Below, one piece after another: positions 40,428 through 52,688 of a stretch of DNA of 64,000 nucleotides (the first letter of the stretch is position 1; each line of letters opens with the position of its first letter). Source of the DNA: Phoronis australis (lineage: Eukaryota; Animalia; Phoronida); contig NMRA01000436.1 of assembly GCA_002633005.1 (NCBI GenBank), forward strand, positions 62,001 through 126,000, read 5' to 3'. Below the pieces are notes generated by a model. The model had not been told where the DNA came from. It saw only the letters and a program-made list of their open reading frames with translations, and did no database searches. The position numbers were made by a program, and so were the translations under genes.

Positions 40428-43400
40428 CTAAGCTAACTCCAATGGGCATAATTTTGTCACCGGCCGAGTGACAACATTTCCGTTTACGCGCACTTTAACA
40501 ACACGCACTAATCCATCAACGCCTGGCACTACTTCAACTATGCGACCTAATGGCCAATGCCCGCGGGTAACGTCTGATTGCATAACCAAAACAATATCAT
40601 TGACTCGAAAATCCCGCACCACATGACACCACTTCTTTCGCGCGTTAAGTCCTGGAATCCACTCCCGTAACCACCGATTCCAAAAATGTCTCACAACTTC
40701 CTGTACGCGTCTCCACCGTCTTCGAGGATTGAAACGCACCTCATCGACTGACTGTGGCGCGAATTCTCCGCCACATTGTCCGTGCAGAAAATGATCTGGT
40801 GTCAACGGCACAACATCGCGCGGATCTGCGGACTGATAAGTCAGTGGTCTGGAATTGATCAAAGCCTCTGCACCGATAAATGCCGAATTCAGTTCTTCGT
40901 CGTTCACATCCGCGTTTCCCAATATTCCTCAAATAGCACGTTTCGCGGCTTTGATCATGATTTCGAAAACACCACCGAAATGAGGTGCTCCCGGGGGGTT
41001 GAAATGCCAAACAACGCCCTTGTTAGCGACGGATTTTCGAACTTTGTCTCTGTCCAACAATCCAACCAGTTCTCGTAATTCTCTTACCGCTCCCACAAAA
41101 TTCGTACCATTGTCACTCAACATCTCGACCGGCAATCCACGACGATTTGCGAAACGATAAAAACAATTCAAAAACGAATCCGTGTCTAGACCACTGGCCA
41201 TCTCGAGGTGAACAGCCCGACATGTTAGACACGTAAATAAACACAAGTATCGCTTCTCCCGACGCTTTCCGCGACCCTGGACAGTCATGAATGGCCCTGC
41301 AAAATCGACAGCTGTCCTGGCAAAGGCGCGTAACGGTATGTTGTTTGACAAGAATAGCGGGTAATGGTCCCATCAGCTGTCTTCCTGGAACAGCTTTCGA
41401 TCTCTTACATCGGTTACAGTTTGACTCCCAGAGCTTTATTTCTTCTCGACCGGACAATATCCAATATTTTTGCGATAGTAACGCAAGGGTGTGGTTTGTT
41501 CCTGCCACGTGTTTACCTAGCTCGTGATGGTGTTTAATGATGAGCTGCGCCACCCAGTTACGTTTTGGGAGAATCACTGGTGTCGTACGATAGGTAGTCC
41601 GCGTTTTCTAATCGACCACCAGTACGGAGAATACCATCGTCGTCCAATATAGGTCTCAAATGAACGATTACACTATTTGAAGATACGTTCAAATTCTTCG
41701 TCTCAGCCCGATTTTCTTTCGCGAACTCCTTGCCCTGCGCGGCACGAATTATGTGCTTCTCAGAATCCGATAGTTCATCTGCGGTTAATTCGTCGCTTTT
41801 GCGATTTTCCTTCGTAACGCGACAATTTTCTACGAAGCGAATCACCCATGCTTGTACCCGAATAAGTCTTCTCCAATCGGAGAATCGATCAGGGAGTAGT
41901 CTCCAATCATCCGGCACTTTACTGTAATCGATTGATAAATATGTGTTGCCCCTGAAGTTTTTCTTAACTTCTCCGTAATCAAATATCTCTCCACTTTTCT
42001 CGAATTTCTGGTTTGGCCAACACGATTCATCTTGTGACAGAAAACATGGTGCATGCCACCATGTCTCACAGTCAGCTAGCTCCTGGGCTGTTTTACCTCG
42101 AGTAATATAATCAGCAGGATTGTCACGAGTCGGAACATACCACCATTGACTGGGTGACGTATGTTCTTGGATAATGCCGACACGATTCGCGACGAACGGT
42201 TTTAGAATTTTATTTTGGCTGCGAATCCACCACAACACATTCATACTATCCGACCAGAATGTGCAATTGGTGATGTCAATCTCTAGGGCTCTCGTAACCG
42301 GTAAACAAAACTTCAGTCCGAGAACTGCAGCCACTAATTCCATTCTGGGGATGCTGACAGCAGTCAACGGCGCAACACGATTTTTCGATCCAACGATGAC
42401 ACAAGATACGCTTTTATCATGTTGGCAGCGTTGGTAAATCACGGTACCATAAGCTTCGTGAGAGGCATCCACAAACACGTGTAGACTAATAGATTCCATG
42501 ACACCACCGCGACCCAGGCACCGTGGAACTGCGATATTAGCCAACATTTCAAACTTTTCGAACCACATACGCATTTTATTCTCTAGTGATTTATCCAATG
42601 GTTCGTCCCATCCAACACCAACAGTCCACAACTCCTGCATCAGCATTTTTGCTCGCACTACAAACGGCCCTATGAATCCCAACGGATCAAACAGTGTCGC
42701 GATTTTACTCAAAAAATTTCTCTTCGTATATGTGAATCCGTCGCAAGGCTGTTCCGCATGGAACGTGAATACATCTTCCTCGGTTTTCCACATAACTCCT
42801 AATGTTTTAATTGACGGCAACACTTCATCTTTTAAATCTATCTCGGTCGCTCTCAATTCCGGTGAAATCTCGGACAACAATCCCTTTGAATTCAATAATC
42901 ACTTTCTGGCCTGAATTCCTGCTTTTGACCACAATTTCGATAACTCTCGGTATAACTCGATCCCGTCTAGCACGTTTGGAACGGAATCCATGCTGTCATC
43001 CATGTACGCTGATTTTAACACAGTTTCGGATGCCCTTGGAAATTCCTCACTGTGTATCCTGGCGTTTTCCTGTGACACAAACTGTGCCAAAAATGGCGAA
43101 GAATTTACGCCAAAAACCACACGATTGAACTCGAACACGTCCGGTGTGGTATCGCTCTTCATATTTCGCCACAAGAAACGATGATATTGTTTATCCTCAT
43201 TGCGCAGCTGGACTTGTAAATACATCTCGGATATGTCACATACCAACGCGATAGGATGTTTACGAAACCGTAAAAGTACATCAGTCAGCGCTCGCTGTAA
43301 TTTTGGCCCCTGGTATATTGCATCATTCAAGCTTACGCCATCCTTTTTTGCAGATGCATCAAACACAATACGGACTTTAGTGGTTGCACGATTTTCTTTC

Positions 43401-45700
43401 ACAACAGGAAAGTGCAGTAGATACCATCCTGTGTGTTCGGCACTCATTTCACTTACAGCAAGTTTACGAATATAGTCCCTTCGCTTCATATGTCTCAATA
43501 GTCTCATTGTAGACTCTAGCGACTTCTGGCGATTTAGCCAGTTTCTTTTCTGTAGCTTTTAAACGATCCAGTGCCATCACGTAATCATTGGGCAAGCTCG
43601 ATGGCGATTCTTTCCACGGAATTCCGATTTCATAACCGTCGTCCAGTTTCTTTAAAGTTTTTTCCGCGGCGTTGTACGCTGTTCGATCATCGATACTCAT
43701 CGGTAATTCATCAGTATTTGGGTTTTCGATTTCCCAAAAACGTTGTACAGTACTATCGAGAATGTTCTCTGTAAAGAACGTGTGGTGAGCACTCAACGCT
43801 TTGTTCATTCCCCCAATGCATGTCCATCCTAACGGCGTAAGTCTGGCGATGGGCTCTCCGCTTCTTCCCCGCACATCTTGCATTGAGTAATGCAAGTCGC
43901 TGTTATCCAAACCGATCAAAATGTCAATTCGATGCCTTCATTCGAGATCGGGAAATTCTATCCCGCGCAGATGTGACCACTTTTTCTTCCGTTCGCCAAT
44001 CTATAGCTTTCAAATTCCCGGTTACGCGATTGACAGTCATAGCCTCGATTTCCTTTTCGTGTGTCCACCGATGCTTTCCAATTCGAATTTCACTGGCATC
44101 GTTTTGAATGATTCCTGATAGCCATTAATTACGTTGACAACTATTTCTTCGGATTTTCCGCACAGTCCCAATTCCGCGGCGACATCGGCGTTAAGGTAAG
44201 TGCGTGTACTAGCATCATCCAACAAGGCGTTTACACGAATACGTTTTGATCCATTTTTAAGTACCACTGGAACTGTTCTCATTGCTACGAAATCGAATTT
44301 ATTCGAATGCAGGGTAGTGGTCGTGTGAGTCGCATGTGCAATCGCCCCCTCCGTGGCTGGAAGGCTAGAGGGACTGTTAGTAATAGCGCCATCTGTGGCA
44401 TTCTCACGCGTTTTCGGTTGGCGATAGTTGTTATTACGGTGCAATAACCTATTATGGGTTTCTTTGCATCCGTCGATATTGCATTCACGCGATCTGCGAC
44501 ATGAATCCTGACCACGGTGATTGGACCCCAAGCAACGGAAACAAAGACGGAGTTGTTTAGCTTTCGACCATCGGTCACTCACGGACATTGATTTAAATAC
44601 CTCGCAATTCCAGGGGCCGTGCCCAGGCTGACCACAGGCTAAACATTCCGTCACGTTTGAGTTATGCGTTATCATAGTACGATGTGGCGTAGAACGTGGG
44701 TGGGCATGGGGCGTTGCCGACATTCCATGGACGGTTTTACGCTCAATTGTGTGAAACTCGGCCTCCTGAATAATAAACTCAGGCAATGTTTCAACCGATT
44801 CTCCCCTCTTTTTCTCGAACATCCAGCGTTGGAAATTAGTAATCATGGTCTCGCTCATTTTTCTCAATAGCTTATGGTAAAGAGACCCGTTTTCTAGTTC
44901 TGAGACCATCTCTTCTTCTTTCAAATTGACTACCACTACATCCAACAAATCGGCGTAGTCTTGTGTGTCTTTGGCAGATTTTATTGGGCGAAATTCGTCA
45001 ATTGCTTCAAGTTGGCTGGCTATCTTTCTGCGTTTGCCTCCATATTTTCTATCAAGGCGTTCTTTCGCTACTTTATAGGCCGTCGCATTATGACTCAGAC
45101 TTTCGATTAGTTTAAGGGGTTCTCCTGACAAATATTGACGAAGTTGGAGCAAGTTATACTCTTCTGTTGCACTGGTTGTGTCAACACATGCGTAGAAAGC
45201 GGCTTTCCAGTTTTCATAAGTTTTAGTTTGTCCAGAAAATACCGGGATTGAAACCCGTTTCAACAAGTTCCACATGTCATTGGCAGTAGTTGCAGGTGGA
45301 CTTACTTCACTGTGTTCACTCTCAGTTGTTAGTATTTGGGATCATAGTGTTTAGTGCACTGACAGGTGACAGTCTTACCGTCTATGTAAGCTTGAACCTG
45401 CTTGCTTGCCTCAGCTCCTTCGTTTTCTAGTTGTTTATTTCCGAGTGTTTTCTCATATAGCGATTTGTCCGTTTCAATATAAAGTCCTGCTAATTCACTG
45501 CACACTTGTTGCGCTTCGAAATTCAGTTGTTCTACTAACTCGCACAACTGATTTATGTCGTCGACTTCACTCTCCTCCAATATCAAGTTGGACAGTTGTC
45601 TCCTTTTTTGGTGAAAGCCAGCTTGGCCTTCGACTTATCTAACTTGAGCACATTTATCTGTTGTGTTTTTTCCGTTTTTGCACTCTCACTGCTCTCCATC
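40428..45700 (-). pseudogene. BEL/Pao gag-pol polyprotein, disrupted by frameshifts and stops
   Basis: Gag with three Zn knuckles (CLACGQPGHGPWNC, CFRCLGSNHRGQDSC, CNIDGCKETHNRLLH), protease ALLDDAS, RT (CDISEMY, FGVNSSPF, YMDD), Pao RNase H (LHVFVDAS, SIPRMEL, FWSDS), integrase (HH-CC, AVDFAGP, SDNGTNF) and C-terminal RGHWPLGRI...RPVTKLCPL. Split over at least 8 ORF pieces; the start position is approximate. Confidence 0.92.
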
Positions 45701-45715
45701 CTGATTACTTCAAAC

Positions 45716-45733
45716 AACCTTGCTCTGCTACCA
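45716..45733 (-). other. Primer-binding site complementary to initiator tRNA-Met
   Basis: The - strand reads TGGTAGCAGAGCAAGGTT, 5 nt inside the 5' LTR. The + strand AACCTTGCTCTGCTACCA resembles the 3' end of animal tRNA-iMet. Confidence 0.85.
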
Positions 45734-45738
45734 GAAAT

Positions 45739-45943
45739 TGTGCCGATGGTGCACAACTAAATTCTTATTTAAAAAAAAACGATTTACGATGAAACACGAT
45801 AACAAAATAATAACAACGCCCTTCTTTTACTTTAACGATAACGACTCTGTATTTCGACTAACTCTCACGTGACATATGAGCATGCGCAATAGTAAAACAC
45901 TTATAAACGGAACATCAGCAAAACGTTAAAACACTCGTGAACA
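45739..45943 (-). repeat. 5' LTR of the BEL/Pao element
   Basis: Direct repeat of 40034-40236, followed on the - strand by the PBS. Confidence 0.92.
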
Positions 45944-46255
45944 ATTACCGTGCTTGCCGATAGTACAGAGATAATCAATTTTTAAAGTTGGCACAAATGT
46001 AAACAAGATTTTAAACCTCAACCTCCTCGTTTCCAAAAAGTAGGCCTACTCTGCATCCACAACGGTCAAGACATTTCTCAAGACGTTCATTTAAAATCCT
46101 TTTGAAACAGCACTCGCTGTCCATTATGGGAAGCCCGGTGAAAACATTGAACCATAAACGAGATGCTTTTAACATCTTTGAGAACCATGATGTATTAGAA
46201 ATTTGCTAAGCATGTATTGTGTATATTGCATTCTGTCCTCGTTAGATAAATTCAG

Positions 46256-46338
46256 TAATAATAATAATGATGATGATTACGACGACGATGATGATGACGA
46301 TGATGATGTTAATGATAATAATAATAATAATAATAACA

Positions 46339-46389
<51 letters not shown>

Positions 46390-46403
46390 GTAATAATGAT
46401 AAT
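46256..46403. repeat. Compound (AAT)n/(GAT)n microsatellite
   Basis: Visible trinucleotide runs, which explain the poly-N/D/I ORFs. Confidence 0.95.
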
Positions 46404-46429
46404 GGTTAGCCAAATCCATAACGTGTCAG

Positions 46430-46706
46430 TCCGGAGGGTATTCCTATAAAAGTGGTATACGAAAAACCTCCCAAAAGGGTGTTTTTTCACAGCAAAAATA
46501 CTCTCCAAAGTGGTGCCATTTTCGACAAAATACTATCTAAAAAGGTATTTTTCTGAATTTCTGGAAGAGAACTACGAAAATGCGAATTTTTACATAAAAT
46601 TACTCTCTAGATGCTTAAATTTTTGTCCGAGCACACTCTTTAAATGGGAGGGTATCCAAATTTTCGGGTGGTACCCCTCGCCCAAAAATACTCGAGTATC
46701 CCCGGC
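46430..46706. mobile_element. MITE with CCGG(G)GGGTA-type TIRs and 8-bp TSD
   Basis: CGTGTCAG at 46422-46429 and 46707-46714, with internal AAAATACTCTC..AAAGGGT-like subrepeats. Confidence 0.65.
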
Positions 46707-49639
46707 CGTGTCAGACACCACTTACTTGTTCGTGATTTTGGCCATTTACTTTGTGATACGACGTTGGTTTCTTAAAATATAACACTGGTACATTTCTCGC
46801 ATACGCATTCGACGTAAAGTATGACAATAACGTAAAATGTAACAACTAAATTGTTAAATTTTACGGTGTATCAGTGATTTCCTCATAAGTGCCTGATGCT
46901 TCAAAAAGTAGGTCAGTCATGCGCTGTATTTTCTACTTCCCAAAGGGCGATAGTCAAACTAAGGAAGGGCCTGTTGCGCCAGACGTAAGCCCCTTCATAA
47001 ACGAATGAGAATGTTTGTAAGACGTTAGGCTAAAGGACAAATCTGACAAGCCACTCATTAAACAACTCGGCTGATGGAATTGACGTTTGCCGATACCGCT
47101 GCGGGCAGTGTAATGCGATATCTGACCCACGAGTTTACTTCTAAAAACAACAAACAATGCCGGTCTTTTACGTAACATAGGCATGACAATGCTAATCCAG
47201 AAAAAAATTGCCATTTTTAATTTGTTCACATGCCAAACCGGATATGTCGATTACCAGTTAACGTCTATCATTTCATTGCAAAAATATGAAGCATATCGTC
47301 TTGATTTGGTTATACGTTTATTTGTTTATTCGGTTAATTATTGAACATAATTCGACAGGGTGGCCTGCCCTGTCAAAGATTGCTTTGCTACAAGAAATAC
47401 ACTTGTGACACACACGCACGGCCGGCTTTCACCTTCTTGGAGGTCTAAACTTCACAACGTTTTGGGTAATAAAGTGATGATTACCTCACAGAACGAATGA
47501 TTGACAAACGACAAAATTTATTGTACAGACACAGGCTTCTTCTGTGAATTAGTTAGTGGATGTAATCATATAATATAAATATTGACACTCTGACGGCATG
47601 TTGGTTGACAGAACTGACTCCGCCGCCATCCGATGTTGTGATACCGACCTGACTCGGTGAAAATCAACATTGTATTACACAATAAAGGTCAAAACTGATT
47701 GATTTCTAAAAAGACAACAATTGCACATGCCTAACACGCGACTTTCAATGCGTGATTTACCATCTAAATTGTGTAAACCAATTTCTGTGCACCTTTCTTC
47801 ACTTAAACTATGAGCCGGACGTGATTGCCATTAGTTTCTGATATTCATGATCCATCAGATTTTATCTGATATCCATTCTCACCTTTGGATTAACAGGTGT
47901 AAACAATCTAGCGTTGGTTAAGAAGAAATAGTCGTAACTCGCAATTCAACTGTCATCTTTCGCGACGTTAGAGAAGCGCATGGTACTAACTGGCCTATGT
48001 TTCGAAAAGTGAGGTTGTAAATCGTTTTTCAGAGATCTGGGATATTCTAGAAAAGATCGATGTTAATGCGCGCCACCTGTAGTCTGTCAATTGATTCGGG
48101 GTCATCCTTGCAACTGACCGTAGAATACAAGTTTTAATCAGCATAAGATTGACGAAGGTCAAAACTATCTGACCACGAATGAATAAGCAACAACGACAGG
48201 CATAAAGAGCAACTTGACAATGTCTCACCGATATAGGTTACTATCGCAGAGTTGGAGAGGGTGGTGTAGTATTTCAGGGTGGGGTTAATGTCGGTGCGCA
48301 GTCTCATTCAGAGGTGGCGCGGGGGTAAAGCGGTTATCCGAGACGGTTGGTTTCATGAGTTTTACTGGCTAGCGGGACACAGGGCGTTGTTTCAAAACAT
48401 TAAAGCCTAACTTCTACGGAATTTTTTTACTTTAGATGTCTCGGCATTAGGCTAACAAGATAGTCCTAGCAAAGCTTGAGTAAAATAAAAAAACTCGAGT
48501 TCAATCACGCAAGTGTAAGCCTGTCAAATGATAAGTGAAGCTGCCTTTTCGTGCCATGTTGCGTCACCGCGAGATCCCACCACAAACAACAAAAGGTTGT
48601 ATTGAATAGGGGTCTGAATAGAACATCATCGCGTGCGGGTGTTATTAGCATGAATTAAAAGGTAATTCTCGCGGTGACGTAGACAAAAGTGAGCCAATAC
48701 GCCTAACAGTTCGTTACATTTGGCAATTTATGGCACTAGTGGGCTCAGAGCGATGCTCTTAAAGCCTTATGATTCGTGCGTTATAATCGAGAGAGTAGGC
48801 CAACATGATTTAGAAGGCAAACGGATGTTGTAGACCACGTGATCAGTTCAACACATGGCAGGTCAGTACGAGGCCACTTTGAAATACATACACCTTTATA
48901 ACATGTCACAAATATTTTCTTTTATTTTCTAAAATCTTACGTGAATTAAGCTAACAATCAAATATCTGTAACATATACTGTGGGTGGATGATAGCACATT
49001 TGACTTACGGAAACGTGACATCGCCGAAAACTCAGGAATCATCCAATTTTCTATTTCCATGCAACTAAGCACCAGTAGCCTCTAAAAAAATTAAAAGTTG
49101 TATAAACTTATGCTATGCCATTTCTCATCGGCGCACCTAATCGCGTCAACCAATTTAAAAAGTCCACTGCAACACAACCAAGGTAACTACATGTAGCTAT
49201 GTCAATCGATCTGACATCTAATGAAGCTAAATTGTGACTTAGTAATCTACGACTTGGAATCGTGGATGTACCGTCGACTTTTAGCTGTTACCCACAGCGG
49301 TACTTCCAAGCAGCCCACGAGGACACCTACATGTATTGGTAAAAATATGAAAATGCCATTCAGCCGAGAGTGACCTGTTAACGAGCTTGGAAAGTTACAT
49401 CGTAAGTCTACTGAATATGTAGCAAGTATCTTGTATGTAGGCAGCCAGCTAGCTGTATGAAGATTATCGTCAAAATACTGTGTGTATTTCTTCTATTGAC
49501 CACGAAATTGCACCCAGTCAGGGTATTTCTGTTCGTCACCCCTCTGTGAAACTTGTATCAACATGTAAAGCTGAAGACCGGACGGGGTGCATGCAAAATC
49601 TGGGAATCAACCGACACTCACCTTGCCCGTTATAGCCGT

Positions 49640-50200
49640 TTAAGTGAAAAACAATGCAATAAACGCCATTTTCTTGCGTAACTCTCCGCCTTTTCTAACA
49701 ATGAAAAGTATGTCGTCGTTTTGAAAACAGTACACTCGTGTCACGCGCACGCGCCATTTCCTAAATTTTTGCAACGTCTCTCGGGAGATGATGATAGCTT
49801 GGCAGCAACAAAATTTCTTCTGAAATTCGGTTTTTCGGCATCAAAATTCTAAAAAAACGTATAATGAAGTAAAACCAGTTCCGGTAATTTGTTGTGACGT
49901 GTCTTGTACGCAACCTCGTGAAACAAGAACAGTTGATTGAAGAATCGCGAAAAACGAAACTGGCCAATAGATGACGCAATATTTCATGGCGCCGAAAGCC
50001 GTGTCTAAAGATCGCTACACAACATTAGCAGCAGAATAACGGTAGAACGCCATTTTTCCAACACCGTTAAATAATTTAGTTTACTCAAGGAAGACTGTGG
50101 TTTTTAATGACACTATTTTTTGTCAGATTTTATCTTACCTCTTTTTTACCCACATCGGTGCAAAGCTGTATATTTAGAATACAGCTTTGTACTAAGGGTA
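49640..50200 (-). mobile_element. Inverted, diverged copy of the 12975-13651 repeat, just upstream of exon 2
   Basis: Reverse-complement similarity as described for 12975-13651. Confidence 0.6.
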
Positions 50201-50322
50201 TTGCATACGAATCAATAAGCCAACTAGTGGGTAAAAGTGTGGAACATCGTTATTTGTAATTTCCTGCAAGCATCTTTGATTTTGTTTCCAAAGGTAAGAA
50301 ACCTCACTTTTTCTTATTGCAG

Positions 50323-50708
50323 TGCCACCAGAGGTCAGTCACCTCTCGAATTCTACCGACAGTTTGTGTTACTTTAAGTTTCAACAAGATCTGTTCCGCT
50401 ACCGCATCCAAAGTGCTAAACTGTCCATCTACATACGTTCACGGCGGAGTCAGGATCACGCTCATCGCATGACGGTCATTCTGCTTCACACAATTAGAAT
50501 AAGTAACGGTGGAAACACAGTGAATACCACTTTGGTGAAAACAATGAACTTAGATTTGAATGAAAGTGGACGATGGCACACGTTTGACGTCAAACAGGAG
50601 GTGACAGGAATGGCAGCGAGCAACGTAACTTTCAAAGTAGAAGCTTACGACCACGATGGCAGACCAATGGCAGTGACACATCCTGTGAGCGAGCATGAAA
50701 AAGATAAG
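50323..50708 (+). CDS. MSTN: Myostatin/GDF8-11-like ligand, exon 2 (prodomain arm)
   Basis: Acceptor tttttcttattgcAG at 50322 is phase-compatible with exon 1 (T+TG=Leu). CYFKF...SAKLSIYIR, GRWHTFDVK and DGRPMAVT resemble myostatin CFFKF...AQLWIYLR, GIWQSIDVK and NGHDLAVT. Donor AAG|GTGCGT is phase 0. Confidence 0.9.
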
Positions 50709-51242
50709 GTGCGTCACACAAAGGCCTGTTTCTAGTCAGGCCGGTTTCACAGTTTCTTAGATACCCTGAAAATCTGTGGGACTTCCTACCAACATAAACG
50801 CTCCAAAGACATGAAAACGTAATTGACGGATAAAGAGTCTCAGACATTTGTTGGTATTTCCAACACAGAAGTAAATGTACACAATTAATATTCACACAAT
50901 GTTTGAACATTATAGTGGGACTTTGGGTCACCTTGGCATTTAACTATGCTCATGACTTCTGTGAAAGATACTTTTCCAAAAAGTGTAACACTTATAATAA
51001 TAGGTATTCGATGATCTTGTTTCAGGCAAATATGAGACCTTGTGCGTTTTGGTCAATTTGCTTCAGTTTTGTCGCTTTTCTAGAGCATGAATGAGTGTGG
51101 ACACATTTGTGTAAATTCTACAATTCTTGCCTTCTTAATTACACAAAAGTAAAGATCGAAGGAAAGCGCTGAATGAACTCTTTACACTTAAGTGTCATTT
51201 TATTGACGAGACTGTGTAGTTAGCCATATATCTGCAAAACTA

Positions 51243-51837
51243 TTTCAACTCTTTAAAAGTACACATAGAGGAAAATTTCAACTCTTTAAAAGTATACATA
51301 GAGGAAAATTTCAACTCTTTAAAAGTACACATAGAGGAAAATTTCAACTCTTTAAAAGTACACATAGAGGAAAATTTCAACTCTTTAAAAGTACAAATAG
51401 AGGAAAATTTCAACTCTTTAAAAGTACACATAGAGGAAAATTTCAACTCTTTAAAAGTACACATAGAGGAAAATTTCAACTCTTTAAAAGTATACATAGA
51501 GGAAAATTTCAACTTTTTAAAAGTACACATAGAGGAAAATTCCAACTCTTTAAAAGCACACATAGAGGAAAATTTCAAATCTTTAAAAGTACACATAGAG
51601 GAAAATTTCAAATCTTTAAAAGTATACATAGAGGAAAATTTCAACTCTTTAAAAGTACACATTGAGGAAAATTTCAACTCTTTAAAAGTATACATAAAGG
51701 AAAATTTCAACTCTTTAAAAGTACACATAGAGGAAAATTTCAACTCTTTAAAAGTACACATAGAGGAAAATTTCAACTCTTTAAAAGTACACATAGAGGA
51801 AAATTTCAACTCTTTAAAAGTATACATAGAGGAAAAC
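51243..51837. repeat. 33-bp minisatellite, about 18 near-identical copies, in intron 2
   Basis: Unit GAGGAAAATTTCAACTCTTTAAAAGTACACATA. Confidence 0.95.
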
Positions 51838-52295
51838 CTGCAGCTTTCATTTCTTCCCTTTTACCGACCTACCAATGACCGAGTCACGTGACCAAGTCTT
51901 AAGTAAAAATGCAAAAATAAAGGTATATTGAAGCTAAACAATGCTATCAATCAACTTCATTATTTGATAAAGCTCAAGATGAGATCTCTAAAACGTTCTT
52001 ACAGTTTTCTAAAATATCATTTCGTTTTCATTTTGTGCATCTAAAGAGTTTTCTCATGAAAATCACGAAAGTCCTATTTTTGATTACCCCTCATCCAAAA
52101 ATGGAACATTTAAGAGGCAAATTCTAAGAGAATTTCGGAGAACATTGCATAAATCACAGTATCTCAAAATTTCATTTCTAAGATACTGATGTTCTGGATT
52201 TATAAAAAAATAAAAATTTTCTTGGGTCCTGCATAACCTTAAGGTACATTCAGATGTGTAGCGTGTAGCTAATTACTGGAATATTTATATTTTAG

Positions 52296-52688
52296 GTGCC
52301 CATTCTCGATATCAGACTGAAAGACAGTCGGCGACGTCGCCAAAAACGCCAGTACAGTCGCGATTGTGACTCAACCTCGAGGGATGAGCGGTGCTGCCGA
52401 TACCCACTAGTGGTCGATTTCGAGCAATTTGGTTGGCACTTTGTTCAACAGCCGAGGACATTTAATGCATACTATTGCTCCGGGGCGTGTGAGATGAATC
52501 ACAATCAGCATTCGACTGCTCACGGACACCTTGTGGAGCAGATTACCAACAACCCTTACGCGTCCACGGGACCGTGTTGCGTAGCGTCAAAATTATCCGC
52601 GAGAAGTATTCTTTACCGGGACGACCGTGGCACGTACATCTACGGCATTATTCCCGCAATGAGTGTGGAGAAATGTGGGTGTGCGTGA
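52296..52688 (+). CDS. MSTN: Myostatin/GDF8-11-like ligand, exon 3 (furin site and 112-aa mature cystine-knot domain)
   Basis: Acceptor attttAG at 52295 (phase 0), then the RRRRQKR furin site. The mature domain (52350-52685) has 9 Cys with RCCRYPLVVDFEQFGW, YCSGAC, GPCC and YGIIPAMSVEKCGCA. Stop TGA. Confidence 0.95.
   Translation: MPILDIRLKDSRRRRQKRQYSRDCDSTSRDERCCRYPLVVDFEQFGWHFVQQPRTFNAYYCSGACEMNHNQHSTAHGHLVEQITNNPYASTGPCCVASKLSARSILYRDDRGTYIYGIIPAMSVEKCGCA

Larger units (their letters stand above)
40034..45943 (-). mobile_element. Full-length decayed BEL/Pao LTR retrotransposon in intron 1, antisense to the host gene
   Basis: Two ~204-bp TGT...ACA LTRs (40034-40236 and 45739-45943), 5-bp TSD ATTAC (40029-40033 and 45944-45948), PBS and PPT, and gag-PR-RT-RH-IN domain order. 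Confidence 0.95.

Noticed and set aside
40776-45642. Several + strand ORFs inside the retrotransposon
   Set aside because: Antisense shadows of the gag-pol frame with no recognisable domains.
46203-46508. Poly-Asn/Asp/Ile ORFs
   Set aside because: Translations of an (AAT)/(GAT) microsatellite.
50270-50322. AG|GTAAGA motif resembling a recursive splice site at 50293/50294
   Set aside because: Only 29 nt remain to the exon 2 acceptor, too short for a normal intron, and use as an alternative acceptor would shift the frame.
51240-51827. 195-aa repetitive ORF (MCTFKELKFSS)n and CRISPR-like periodicity
   Set aside because: It is a by-product of a 33-bp tandem unit with no stop in one frame. There are no unique spacers or cas genes, and the context is a eukaryotic intron.
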